64,000 bases of DNA, taken from positions 359,228,001 through 359,292,000 of the forward strand of contig OZ024741.1 of the NCBI GenBank assembly GCA_964016885.1, in the 5' to 3' direction. This document shows, piece after piece, positions 43,001 to 56,595 of this stretch. This stretch comes from Eledone cirrhosa (lineage: Eukaryota). The position numbers were made by a program, and so were the translations under genes. The stretch's first letter is position 1. The number at the start of each line of letters is the position of its first letter. The notes below the pieces were generated by a model. That model saw nothing but the letters and a program-made list of their open reading frames with translations, searched no databases and had not been told where the DNA came from.

Positions 43001-43535
43001 CTCCACCCAGCCCATTATCATTTCCCACCCAGAAAAGCTTATAACATCGTTCTTTCCCCACAATGAATCTAGCAGATCCACCCCTCCACCTGGTCTCTTG
43101 AATACAACAAACACCAACCTCCTTACGTTCAAGCATTTCTACAACCTCGTTAGAGCGAGCCTTTAAGGTGCCTACATTCATGGTACCAACTCTGAAGTTT
43201 TGGATTGTGTTTTGAGGGTGGGAGCGGTGGGGCGCAGGAGGGGGTGAGGGAGATGGGGTTATGTTAGCCATCGGCGGCCGAAACAAGGAGGAGGAGTCCT
43301 TGCATTCTCGTCCGGCAGCATGAGGTGAATTTGTCTTTATCTTTGGCATTGTAACTAAGTGTCCAGAATTTTCTTTTCAAACTCTCCAGAATTCCGTAGT
43401 CTATCCATCATATTGAAAGGCAACCAGGTAAGTGATAGCATAGGCCGCTGACTTATGATTGGCCCACGTAATAATGGTGGTGCGTGGGGGCGGGTGGGAG
43501 GGATATTGGGTAGTTAGCGAGAAGGTTAAGGTTTA
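40053..43535 (-). mobile_element. Near-full-length RTE-clade LINE (APE-RT plus PHD-like Cys finger)
   Basis: MNVGTL/QETRW/GDLNGH/DYIL endonuclease (43349-42525); QGSVLSP/YADD RT (42562-40301); CSVC..CPKC..H..C..C..C; frameshifts at ~42550 and in a homopolymer at ~40330, after which GRPRKTW continues to TAA at 40162. Confidence 0.93.
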
Positions 43536-43689
43536 AATATATATGTATGTATATGTATATATGTATATATATATATATATATATACGTATGAGCAAGGCA
43601 TGGTCAGCCGACTGGATGCTGCCCACAACAGGACAATCCATCTAACCCATGCTAGCGTGGAAGAATGGATGTAAAACGGTGATGATGAT

Positions 43690-43785
<96 letters not shown>

Positions 43786-45027
43786 CATACATACATATAA
43801 ACACATACGGCAAAAAAGCACCCAGCCCACACTGTAAAGTGGACGTGTAGGCGCCACGAAAATGCACCCAGCACTCACTGTAAATGAGGTTGGTGTTAGG
43901 AAGGGCATCCAGCTGTAGAAATCAAGCCAGATCAGTTCCTGTATGAGCAAGGCATGGTCAGCCGACCAGACACTGCCCACAACAGGACAACCCGTCTAAC
44001 CCATGCTAGCGTGGAAGAATGGACGTAAAACGATGATGATGATGATGATGATATATGAATAGCACCACCCCCAAACAAAGACATAAGTAAAAAGCTAAAC
44101 CTGGTGTCCACCTTTATCAGTTGGAGATATATTATTATTTGTTGTAAAGCAACCGGTTTATTTCTCATGCTGAAGAACATTGTTTTAACTGCTGTCTCTC
44201 TCACACTTTATCATCATCTCTAATATCTATTTTACACAGATACACACATACACATGCACACACCACCACCACACATACACAATCATATGCACACCACCAC
44301 CACTACCACCACACAAACACACACTCATACAAATACACACACACACATATGCACATGATGACTAATTTATGGATTAAACAACTTTGTTGTTTCAAATGAG
44401 TGGATGCTGCATGGCCAAAGGTTAAGAAGTTGTCTCCATAATCATTAAGTCCCAGGTTCAATCCTACTGTGTGGCATCATGGGAAAGTGTCAGTTACCAT
44501 AGCCTCAGGTTGTCCCATGCTTGTGAGTGAAATTGAGTAGGCGAAAATTAAATAGAAACCCATCAGTTAGACTGTAGCTGCAATTCCTTTGAATTGTAGG
44601 ACAGCCATGTCACTCACTACGCCATGCTGAACTACCCTCAGAATTACATTAAGGGTATACATCTCTGTGAAATGGTCAGCCACTTATACATTATTTTTAC
44701 CAGCAGGCTGACCCACTAATCAAACAACTGGAGCACTCAGCATGAGAAAGCAATGTGGGTCCACTCCTTCCTATTCCTGTTCCAAACGAGACTGCAAAAG
44801 ATTCTTCAGAAAATATTTAAAGATCTAATATAAAAGTTAAAACGTAGGTGTGTGTGTATCATCATCATCATCGTTTAACGTCCATCTTCCACGCTAGCAT
44901 GGGTTTGGACGGGAATTTTCCCACTTGAGGCAAGATTGGTTGTCTTGCTTGTATAAGACTGTCTGGCAGGTTTTCTACGGTTGGATGCCCTTCCTAACAC
45001 CAACCACGTGTGTATATATATGTATAT

Positions 45028-45201
<174 letters not shown>

Positions 45202-45337
45202 AGTGTAATTTACTACACAAAACGAAGGTTATAGAGAAAATTGAGGTTGGTAATGGCACATGGAATATATAAGAGACAGAATACTTTTTTGTGAAAAAAC
45301 ATAATTTTATAAGGTAAGGAAATAATAAAGGGTATAA

Positions 45338-45385
45338 AAAATGACCGGTTTCGATGGGTCTGCAAAAGCCATCTTTTCAAATGTT
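45338..45385 (-). ncRNA. Hammerhead ribozyme, U3-A8 core variant
   Basis: Minus strand AACAT-TTGAAAA-GATGG(cttttgcagac)CCATC-GAAA-CCGG-TC-ATTTT. Confidence 0.6.
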
Positions 45386-45920
45386 GATTAATATTAAGAA
45401 AAATTAATAATAAGAAGAGTTAAAATTTGAGATTTGAAAATTCAAGTATAAAATTCATTGTGGGATTTCATAGTAGTTTTCATCTTGGTAGCAGCTCGTT
45501 GACTGCTTCTGGTAGTGAATGAGAAGTTATTTGGGGGTGTGGGTTATTTTATAAAGGTCAAATTTAGCAATGGCCAGATGGCCAGCTGCTGGTCAGTGAG
45601 GGGGTGGAAGCAATATACATAAATATATCTTCCTGTGCTCGGTAGGAGAGGGGAGATTGATAGAAAGGGATTTAGTGCACTTACACCTATATATACACAC
45701 ATACCTTCATCCACACATACCTTCATCCATACATATACATATACATACACATATATATATATATATATATATACATATATACACATACATACACACACAC
45801 ATACATATACATACACACATACACACACACATATATGCACATACACACACACATATATATATATATACACACACACACACATATATATACATACACATAC
45901 ATCCAGATACACACATACAT

Positions 45921-45952
<32 letters not shown>

Positions 45953-47090
45953 GTGTACATACATATATATCCACACATATACATACACATATATATACAC
46001 ACACCCACACATACATACACACACATATATATATATAAAGCATGAAATAAACAGAAAAGCCAGAAACAGGTCTGAAAGCAAGACATGGTCACACGACCCA
46101 ACTTGCTTCAAACAGGACAACCTGTCTCACCCATACTAGCGTAGAAAAATGGATGTAAAACAGTGATAATGATGATGATATATATGTGTGTGTGTGTGTA
46201 TCTTTATTTTATCATAGAAATGATTTCTACAGGACTATAATTGTTTCATTTGTAAGGAAACAGTTCTACACCTGTAGAAATTGTTTATATAATGATTTCT
46301 AGTATAAGCACATGGCCAGTAATTTGTGGGGAGGGGAAAGTCGATTAAATCAACCCAAGTACGTTACTGGTGCTTTATTTTATCGACCTCATAAGGATGG
46401 AAGGCAAAGTTAACCTTGGTGGGATTTGAACTCAGACCGTAAAGGAACGTAACTCTATGCTGCAAATCATGGTGTCCGACTCTCTACCGATTCTGCCAAT
46501 CCACCGCCCTAAGATTTTTTATATCATAAAATAAAGATAGATATACTCTACTAACGTATTGATTACATTTTTTAATTGTGGTCACCTCTTGATAAACATT
46601 GAGAATCCAGCTGAATATGTTCACACACACACACATACATAAAGGCGATGACACAGACCGAGACCTCTGACCTTACAGAAAACTCGACTTCTAACAGGTA
46701 TAGGCCAAAGCTGAAGCATATATACAGTATACGCCCAGTCCCCTTCCACTGTAAAGTGGTCATGTAGGTGTCACAACAAAAAGGACCCAGTCCACACTGT
46801 AAGGTGGTCGTGTAGGCGTCACAACAAAAAGCACCCAGTACTCACTGTAAATGAGGTTGGCATTAGGAAGGGCACCAGCTATAGAAATCAAGCCAAAATC
46901 AATTCTGTATGAGCAAGACATGGTCGCCTGACCTGGCATTGCCCATAACAGGACAACTTGTCTAACCCATGCTAGCATGAAAAAATGGATGTGAAACGAT
47001 GATGATGATGATGATGATATACATATATATATATATATATATTATTCAAAATATTAATAAATGGATACATTCACATAATCAAAATATATG

Positions 47091-47151
47091 TTTTATTATA
47101 TATATTTCGGAGGTACTGTGCTGTTTTTTCAGTACGTCCTCATCAGATAAA

Positions 47152-47152
<1 letters not shown>
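47091..47152 (-). ncRNA. Minimal type-I hammerhead ribozyme
   Basis: Minus strand TTTTAT-CTGATGA-GGAcGTACTG(...)CAGTACcTCC-GAAA-TATATA-TA-ATAAAA. Confidence 0.8.
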
Positions 47153-47189
<37 letters not shown>

Positions 47190-48092
47190 GTAATTTACAT
47201 GATAAATTCCCCCCAGTACACTCTGTAAAGTGGTTATTGATAGGAAGGACATGCAGCTGTAGAAAATCTACCTCACAAAGGTTTGGGGAGATTTGAGCCA
47301 TGTCAAAGATATGACAACCTCCCTAGTGCGGTGATAAAAGGCACTCAGTAAAGCGTAGGATTGTCTTGTAAGCAAGATATGGTCCTCTAGCCTACCTAAG
47401 CATCCAAAAGAGATCAGGAAATGAAAGTAAGCAAAATGGAGGTTCCCTTAACCCATCTGAGAGGTCAGTGTCTCTGTTTGAGTGCTGACCTGGGCTGCGA
47501 TAGCCAGTTCAACCCTTGCTAGCAGGGAAACCAGATGTTAAATGATAATTATGATGATGATGATAATGATGATGATGATGATGATGATATATAAGCATGT
47601 GTGTGCATACGCGTGTTTGTGTGAATATATTTGTTTAATAGTTTTCTTGTCTTGTCAAATATGTGACAACACAAAACTATACACACATATACACACACAT
47701 AGTGGAGTAGGAGATATACTCACATCATAGTCATAAAGCAGAGGGAAAACATGAATGTTTTGATATATACAGATATGAGAGAAAGAGGGAGAGAGAACAG
47801 GGTGAGAGGGAAAGAGAAACAGATAGAGAGGTGTGTAGAAGGGATGAAGAGAAAGAGTGAGAGGGTGAAATACACTCACACAATAGTAATGAAAAAATGG
47901 GAACACGTAAATATGTTTAGATATATACAAAAGTACAAGAGGGAGGGAGAGGAGAGTGAAGATGGGCGGGAGGGGGGGGTATGAAGTAGGGAGAGGAGAG
48001 AGGAGGAGAAAATGGTATCATACAAAAGATAACAACTGACCAATATAAGAAGGTGCTAAATGTTCTCAAGAAATCATATTTTAGCCACCAAC

Positions 48093-48159
48093 ATGTTTTG
48101 GAAGATGGAATGCTGTATACAACTCTCACTCATCTGTCTTCTGGCTCTTCTTGCTAATG
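48093..48159 (+). CDS. Pancreatic lipase-related gene, exon 1 (signal peptide)
   Basis: MFWKMECCIQLSLICLLALLAN-G, GT donor, phase 1 compatible with exon 2. Confidence 0.65.
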
Positions 48160-48849
48160 GTATTCCACTGAACTTTTTTAATTTTAGGTTTATGTATTTA
48201 AAATCACATCTATATGTACACACAGACTATATGTGTGTGTACACTCACACATATATATACATAGAGATACATGCATGCATACATAATGGTCAATTACTGT
48301 TAGAATTTGTACTTTTTATACTCTCAATGTACATGTGTGTGTGTGTGCTTGTGTGCGTGTGTGTACATATATATTAATGCAATTTCCCCAATGTAAATGA
48401 CTATAATAATAATTGAGAAAATTCAGTAAAGTATCCCTGAAGATAGAAAAAAATAGCGAACTGAGGCACCTGCAAGCAGGATTTTAACACACACTTATAC
48501 ATATATATATTAATATATATATATATATCATCATCATCATCATCATTTTATGTCCATTTTCCATACTGGCATGGGTTGGATGGGTCATTACAGTTTATGA
48601 CTTGACTGGTTGAGGAACCATGTTTTGATTGACGATTTGTATTTGACATGGTTTCTATGGACAAATGCCCTTCCTTATGCCAACCACTTTACAGTGTGTA
48701 TTGATGCATTTTATCATAGCACCAGCACTAAAGAGGTTGTCAAGTCCAGGTGTATATGTTTATGTATTATATATGTGTCTTTGTGTGTGTATATGCATAT
48801 ATACATATATATATATATATATACCTATATATGTGTGTATGTGTGTGTG

Positions 48850-48880
<31 letters not shown>

Positions 48881-49305
48881 CGATAGATATATATATATAC
48901 ACACAACATATTTTCTGGCGTCAAAGACGCTACTTTATTCCTAAAATAAGTATAAAAATCTACCATGCGTCCTGGAGGCCAAAGGTTGTTTATTATTTTT
49001 TTTCAAAATTGTTGGTTGTCAAAATTAGGGTGCGTCCTCGAGGACGAAGCGTCTTCGGCTCCAGGAAATACGGTATATATATACATATATGCACACATTG
49101 AGTACATACCACCCACAAAGCACAGTTCTAGTCTTAAATTAGCATGGTTTAGCAAAATCTGACTTAACACCAATAACAATCTCCATTCTCTTTCTTTATT
49201 CATTGTGTCTATGTGTAATCTCTTTTTCTGTGTTCATAGAAATGTATGCATATTTAGTTAGATTTAAATAAATCAATAAATTGAAGATTTGATTATTTCA
49301 TACAG

Positions 49306-49447
49306 GATCTATATTTGATCAAGAAGTTTGTTTTGGTGAACTTGGATGCTTTTCAAACGAAGGGGAGTTTGTTTCCATTGAACGCCCAATAAACCTTTTA
49401 CCCAACAAACCAGCTGAAATTGGGACAAAGTTTTACCTCTATACAAG
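49306..49447 (+). CDS. Pancreatic lipase-related gene, exon 2
   Basis: AG..GT; EVCFGELGCFSNEGEFVSIERPINLLPNKPAEIGTKFYLYT, the classic pancreatic lipase N-terminus; not in the ORF track. Confidence 0.93.
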
Positions 49448-50049
49448 GTTAGCATTTTTTTTTTTTTATAATAATTCTACTTCACAAGTTTATATGTATC
49501 AAACAGATTAATTAATACTGTGTTTTGGCTTGCCTCAAACGCCAACATTCTTTGTTGTAGTACGTAATTGAGGGAGTGTACTTGTTTTTTCCTTTCTGAT
49601 TCATTTATGTTTTGTAAACAATGGGAGTTAGAGTTGTCGTTTTACATCTGTTCTGTTATGCTTGCATGGGTTAGATGAAGCCCAAAGCTTATCCTGGTTT
49701 CTTGGGCATTAAGTGACTGAGATTACAAGGCTTCCTTCTCGTTGGGGTACCTGTCTGTCACAGTACTAAACCTCAGCTGTCACTGGTACTAATTTTCAGC
49801 TGAATAAACTAGAGCAATGTGAAACGAAGTGTCTTGTTCAAGGACACAACGCATTAACCAGTCTTGGAAGGAACCAAACCCATGACCGTATTGTCATGAG
49901 CCAAACTCCCTAACCACTAGTCCAATTTAAAACAGCTTGGTTTTTCTTAGCAGAAATTTGAAAATGCCAAGAGACTATTTCTCAATGAAATTCATATTTT
50001 GGTGTATTTCTATAACTTTCTTAGATTATATTTATGTACTTAGCTGTGC

Positions 50050-50840
50050 GAGGTGTATGAAAGGGAGTGAGGAGAAGTAGTGCATACTAGAGACCACTAG
50101 ATGCTTGCTTCATCTCTTGTACATAGGAAGATGGGCCTTCTGCAGTACTGCATAACACCAGAGATCCTGTGTCGTCACCTTTGAGAAATGTAATCGTGTG
50201 GTCAGCTTTTATCACCTCATCCCAAGCTTTCCAAGGTCTTCCTTTTCTATAGCTTCCAAGGTCTTCCTTTCTATAGCTTCCATCAACCTTGAGAGCCCAG
50301 CACGTTTTTATACTGCTGTCATCCTTCATGTACATCACATGTCCATACCCTTGCAATCTTCTCTCCTGCACACTGCATCTAATCCCTGTTATGTCCAATT
50401 TCTCTCTCAGTTTATTTACACTTTGCTATTCATGTATATTACTATTACACATCCATCAGAGAATGCAAGCTTCATTTCTTTCCAATCTACATAGGTCCTA
50501 TGCACACAGTGCCTAAGTCTCACTACCATGCAGCTTAGCTGTTTGTATACATGCATCATACAATCTGCCTTACATTTTGTTGCTAGAAAAACCTTTTGTT
50601 GCTAGCAGTATTAGTTCCCTGAACTTTCTCCATCCTGTTCTCAATCTGGCTGCTGAACATCCACCTGCACTGCTAATTTGGTCACCCCAGAATTTAGTAG
50701 AGCATGTTTTCTGTGATCACTTGCTGCTCACTGTTCCTGTGCATTGACCACATGCAAAACCTACATTATTAGCTTAGCCAGCCTGAGGTCCCACTATATC
50801 TCTTGTACCCATAGTTTGCATTTGTGTCAGAGGATGGAAT
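50050..50840 (-). mobile_element. Decayed RTE fragment in lipase intron 2 (another at ~54090-54560)
   Basis: GIRCSVQERRL..GHV, GRPWKAW. Confidence 0.8.
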
Positions 50841-51072
50841 ATATATTTAAATACAAGTACCAAGAAATCCTAGTTGAAGAAAACTACAACAGAGGAAGAC
50901 CTGAACAGAGGTGGTGAGAGCTGATCTCAAATTACTGAAGCTCACAAAGGAGATGACAAAGGAACATGATGAGCGGAGAGATGCTGTATTGAAAAAGACC
51001 CATCCAACCTATGTAAGCATGGAACAGTGGACATAAAATGATGATGATGATGATATATATATATATCTATTG

Positions 51073-51488
51073 TATTTCTTTAGAAATACGAAATTCCAAT
51101 ACATATCTGTATACAGTTATGCATGAAGCTACATCCTAATTCTATTCCATTATAAGTGGAGCCAACTTATACAGCTTCATATGCAAATAAGATTAATCAC
51201 CTCATTTACACAGGCGAGAAAACGATATATTCTCAACTGTTTTCAAGTCCAGCAGTTGCAAGAGTGGGAAGGATCATTCTGATGAGAACCAGTTAAGTTC
51301 GAAATGCATCGACAATTGTCCCCTTTGCTTCTGCTGGACACCACCAGAGGGCGATAGCCCCGGTGTTTTGCATAGCTACGGCTTTCTAATTGTTTACCTA
51401 TAAACATATCATATTCCTTTAGAAATACAAAATTACAATACATATATGTATACAGCTATGCATGAAGCTAAATCCTAATTCTATTTCA
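51073..51488 (+). mobile_element. 339-bp hammerhead monomer with 77-bp terminal direct repeat (retrozyme/pLTR-like)
   Basis: 51073-51149 is a near-identical direct repeat of 51412-51488; hammerhead core inside. Confidence 0.7.
51272..51317 (+). ncRNA. Type-I hammerhead ribozyme, intact core, eroded helix I
   Basis: gatcatt-CTGATGA-GAAC(cagttaa)GTTC-GAAA-TGCA-TC-gacaatt. Confidence 0.7.
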
Positions 51489-51529
51489 CGCACGCACACA
51501 CGCACGCACGCATGCACGCACGCATATAT

Positions 51530-52281
51530 GTATATATATAAAGACGAAGTTTTCTGAATGTGTGTGTGGACAATTTTTAATGAAGGCTCATATATTCTAA
51601 ACCATTCATGCGATTTCTTTGAAATTTTTTACAGAGCTTCTCCTTGCACAAAACCTGTACATGATCTACAAAGGCTTTCAAAAATCGATATTGGGGCCTT
51701 TGGAGACATTAAAAAAGTTTCGGTTATTTGTGTCAATTTTCGTGATTAATTAAGAAAAGAGTTATCTTTAAGTAAGACAAGAGTTATCTTTCGTAATTCG
51801 GCTCATTCTTATTTTAATTTACTCTTTGTACTTGAAACAAAAGGTACGCTTCCTTGAGACTAACAATATCATTTTGTATATTTCACAACCAGCAGTTTCT
51901 AACAGATTACTAAGTTAAGTTATAGATTTGACATTGCATAATTTATCGTTTCAAGCTTGATGTTCATACATTAAGTGATGTCATAACTTTTACAATATTA
52001 TGCTTTGTACATAATAGTGTCTATTATTCACTTCACTTCTCTATTTCATGATGCGCTTTTACTGTTGTCAAAAAAATTTATACCTAGACTGGATTTCTGT
52101 TGTTACATGGTATAACGGATGACACCGAGCTCACATATTAATTATTTCGCTGGAGAGTGCCTAAGGTTTTCATGTTTATATAAAGTACGTTTTTCTTCTA
52201 TGTATTCAAATTTACTTTTTTAGTTTAATGGGCTACATCGAAAGCTACTTGAACTGTCCAAAGGACGGGTATTTTAGCTAG
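51530..52281 (+). mobile_element. Probable non-autonomous Helitron
   Basis: Starts tatatatataaag; ends acgggtattttagCTAG; no TIR or TSD. Confidence 0.55.
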
Positions 52282-52349
52282 CACATATATACATATATGT
52301 GTGTGTGTGTATGTGCGGGCGTGAGTGTATGTGTGTATATGTGTATAAT

Positions 52350-53548
52350 ATATTTGTGTGTAACAAGTGGCATCGCTGTGTTCACTTTGCAAGTTGTGAA
52401 ATTTGTGTTTTTGTGATCATGTGTAAGCTTGTCATGAACAGGAAGTTGGAACAAAGAGCCAATGTGAAATTTTGCATTCAACTTGGGAAGTCTGCTACAG
52501 AGACATTGAGCATGCTTTGGAAAGCTTACAGCAATGAGGCAATGGGTCGTACACAATGTTTCGAGTGGCACGAGCAATTCAAAAGCAGAAGAATGTCCCT
52601 GGAAGATGACAAGTGATCTGGAAGACCTGCCATGAATATCACTCGCAGAAATGTGGAGAAAATGAATCAGCTTGTGTATGAGTATTGTCAGAAGACAATC
52701 AATAATATTGCTAATGTTATTGGTTTGTCAAATGGGTCCATGCAGGCAATCCTAATGTCTGAATTGAACTTGTGGAGTGTTGCTGCCAAGTTTGTCCCCC
52801 ACCTACTGAGCAGAAAGAACATGGCGTCAAAGTCTGTCAAGATCTCCATCAGTATGCTGCTGATGGCCCATCCTTCATATCAAGGATCCTCTCTGGTGAC
52901 AAGAGTTGGGTCTATGGGTACAACCCTGAGACGAAGCAGCAGTCAACACAGTGGAAAAAGCCCTTCATCTCCATGACTGACGAAGGTACGACAGAGTCGC
53001 AGCTTAATCAAGAGCATGCTCATCGTTTTTTTCAACATCCGCCATATTGTGCATCAAGAATTCATCCCCCAAGACCGTCAATGAAGAGTTTTACTGCAAC
53101 ATTTTAAAGCCTTTGAGGGAGGACATTTGGTGAAAGCACCCAGATCTGTGGAGTGCGAAGAATTGGATTCTTCATGACAATAATGCACTCTGTCACTGAG
53201 CTCTCCTCACTGAGCTCTTCTCACCAAAACAACACTGTATCACTTCTGCACTCACCCTATTCGCCAGATTTAGCACCTGCGGACTGCCATCTCTTCTCCA
53301 AGCTGAAAATGCAGCTCAAAGGTCGTAGTTTTAACAGCATTGCCGAGATCTGGAGTAAAACACAGAAGGTCCTCTACTCACTTACAGAAAATGACTTCCA
53401 GGCCAGGTTCCAAAAGTGGCAGGATTGCTGGGACCAGTGTATTGCTGTGCAAAGTGACTATTCCAAAGAAGATGATATTAAAACTTAAGTAAATATATTT
53501 TTTTTTTAAAACATAACTAGTCTGGGAACTTTTTGATACCACCTTGTA
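52350..53548 (+). mobile_element. Decayed mariner (DD34D) transposon
   Basis: EQRANVKFC HTH, GDKSWVYGYNPETKQQS, HDN, PYSPDLAPAD; 3' TIR ggaactttttgataccaccttg-TA. Confidence 0.9.
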
Positions 53549-53570
53549 TTTTTTTTTTTTTTTTTTGTAG

Positions 53571-53736
53571 ATCTAATCCCATAATTGGTGATGAATTGGA
53601 GACTCACAATCACAATCTCTTCAGCCAAAGTAACTTTTCAGCATCGGCCCCAACCAAGTTTATTGTTCATGGCTTCAAAAGTTTTGGGAAAGATAAACCA
53701 TGGGCTCTGAACCTAACTCGAGAGTTGTTAAAGCAT
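53571..53736 (+). CDS. Pancreatic lipase-related gene, exon 3
   Basis: SNF..SAPTKFIVHGF...W; AG/GT, phases 2/0. Confidence 0.93.
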
Positions 53737-54584
53737 GTGAGAAAACCATTCAACTTTTCATTCTTCCCTGTCGTTATTTCATTATCATCATGGTTGGGTA
53801 GGTCATCACAGTAAAAAATTAAGTAGATCAGATAACCATGTCTTGCTCATATGTTCCATATTTGGCATGGTTTCTATGACTGAATACTCTTCCTAATGTC
53901 AATCAGTTTACAGAGTGCACTCAGTGTATTTTATTGTGGCATCGGGAGTACCATTTTACAGTTTGTACAGAGTGCAATTTATCGTGACACCACTTTACAG
54001 AATGTACCGGGTGCAATTTGTTGTGGCATCAGTACAAAATTTCTCAATTTTGTATTTTTGTTTTGTTTTTTTCCTTTATCATTTTTTTATAAGTTGTAGT
54101 TTCTTGATGTCATTTTTCACCACCTCTGCCCACATTTTCCTTGATCTTTCAACCACAGTTTCCTTCTGCTTGGAATTCTTAGCACCTCTTTACACAACAA
54201 TCAGCATCTATATGCTTTACATATCTGTGCCAGTGTAATCTTCACTCCTGAATGCAACATCTCATTCCTCAATTTTACTTTCAGTTCATCCATGCTTCTT
54301 TGCTCGAGCCTATTAATATTACACATCATACAGAACATGCTCAATTCATTTCACTCCATCCTTCACACATCTTCCACATTTACCACCAATGTCTCACTGC
54401 CATGTAACATCACACTTCCCATACAGGTATCATATAAACTACCCTTCCTTCAGAGAGAGAACATCTTTGTTGCCAAACAGAGCGAGTAGTTACCTGAATT
54501 TTTTCATCCTGTTCTTATTCTTGCAACTACACTTTCAGATCAACCCCATCCACTATTAATTAGGTATATCATTTCTAATTCTAG

Positions 54585-54813
54585 GCTGATTACAATGTAA
54601 TTGTGGTTGACTGGAAAAATGGGTCTGATGTAACCTATGCCCGAGCAGCATCTAATGGGCGGGTGGTTGGAGCACAAATTGCTCTTCTAATTAACTTCAT
54701 ACAGAACACAACAGGAGTTACCCCACAAACAATGCACATCATTGGACACAGTATTGGTGGACATATAGCTGGTTATGCTGGAGAAAGGTTGTCCAATTTA
54801 GGAAGAATTTCAG
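54585..54813 (+). CDS. Pancreatic lipase-related gene, exon 4 (catalytic Ser)
   Basis: NVIVVDW...HIIGHSIGGHIAGYAG...LGRISG. Confidence 0.96.
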
Positions 54814-56595
54814 GTAATGTCAATTTTAAGCAGTGTCCATAAATTATTTGTAAAATGTGTTGGTGTTAGGAAGGGCATCCAGCCGTAGAAAACCTGCCAG
54901 ACAGTCCCATATGAGCGAGACAACCAATCTTGCCTGAAGTGGAACAATTCCTGTCTAAACCCATGCTAGCGTGGAAGATAGACGTTAAACGATGATGATG
55001 ATGATGATGATAAGTTTCATAAGAGGTTTCTTCACTGATATCTTTTTTTTACAATAGATTCAGAGGACTCTTTAGTTGAGTCCTTAGTGTCAGCATCATA
55101 ATAAAATGCACACAATACATGCTGTAAAGTGGTTAGTGATAGGAAGGATATTCAGCCATAGAGAATTTGTCAAACAAAGTGTTGAAAGGACTCTTCAGTT
55201 GTGTCAGGGACATGACAACTCTAGTGCTGGTGCCATGATAAAATGCACCTAATATACTCTGTAAAGTGCTGAAACATATGTAAGCAAGATGTGAGCCACT
55301 AGCCAGTCTGAGGGGGTCTGTAGATCTGATTAAGTACTGACTTGGTCAGTTATATGTCCCCCAAACCTTACTAGCATGGAAGAGCAGATGTTAAATAATG
55401 ATGATTAAATTGATGATGTTAATGACATGTTTACAAATAGTTGATAGTGGAGTGACCATTATATATAGGAGCCAGCTGGGAAATAAGTGGGTTTATCCAA
55501 TGAATAAGTAGTCATGAAACAACACCAGGGGCTAATAATGAGTACAGAGGATTAGTGGACGAGGTGGACCTCCTTATCTTTAAAAATGCTGCAATGCTTT
55601 ATGATACGGTCCTGACAAGATTAATGCAGAAAGGACTTGATAAAAATTATATAAGTATACATATATAACTGAAGAGCAAATATTTACTTAAAATCTGTTA
55701 AAATAAATAAATACAAATATATATATATATATATTAATAGGTGTAAATCCCATGGTCACGAATGACCTAGAAAGTTTCCCTTCTGAGACACACATCCAGG
55801 CAAGTTACCAATTCAAACCAGTCTCCCTTCTCCATGCCACCAATGTTCCAAGGGAAAGACTAAAGCCGATACAGCTTGGCATCAGTGACTGAGTGAACTG
55901 AAGCAATGTGAAATAAAGTGTCTTGTTCAAGAACGTAGAGAGAGAGTGGGAGAAAGAGATTAGGATATATATATATACTTGATTAATGGGTTTCTGAGAT
56001 AGACATTATACATGCACAGAATTAAGGACTCGTACACTGCATATAAAGTTGATGTAAGAATATTTATTGTTTTTAGTAACTGTTTACTCTGAAGTTTCAC
56101 CAACATTATTGGCTTTTATAGTCCAATAATGATACATATATATCATCATTATCATTTACATTCATTTTCCATGATGGTTAGAGAAGTTGGCACGATCTGT
56201 GACTAGACAGGTCAGGAGAACATGCCTTGCTCATATATTCCCCTTACTGGCATGGTTTCTACAGCTGAATGCCTTTCCTAATGCTAACCACTTTACAGAG
56301 AGTACTGGGTACATTTTATCATAGCATCAGTACTATCACTTTTCAGAGTATGCCAGGCTTTTTTTATCGTGGCATCAGTACTACCACTTTACATAGTATA
56401 CTGTGTGCATTTTATCATGTCACCAGCACTACCACTTTTCAGAGTGTACTAGGTGCATACCTACATGTTAATTTAAACTATTGGAATACACATTGTCAAA
56501 ATCGATGGAGAATCCATTGACTTGTATATTTTTACACCAGTTTATTTCTTGCACTTGGTTCTAATTCTTGAAATTTATATTTTCTTATTCTAAAG

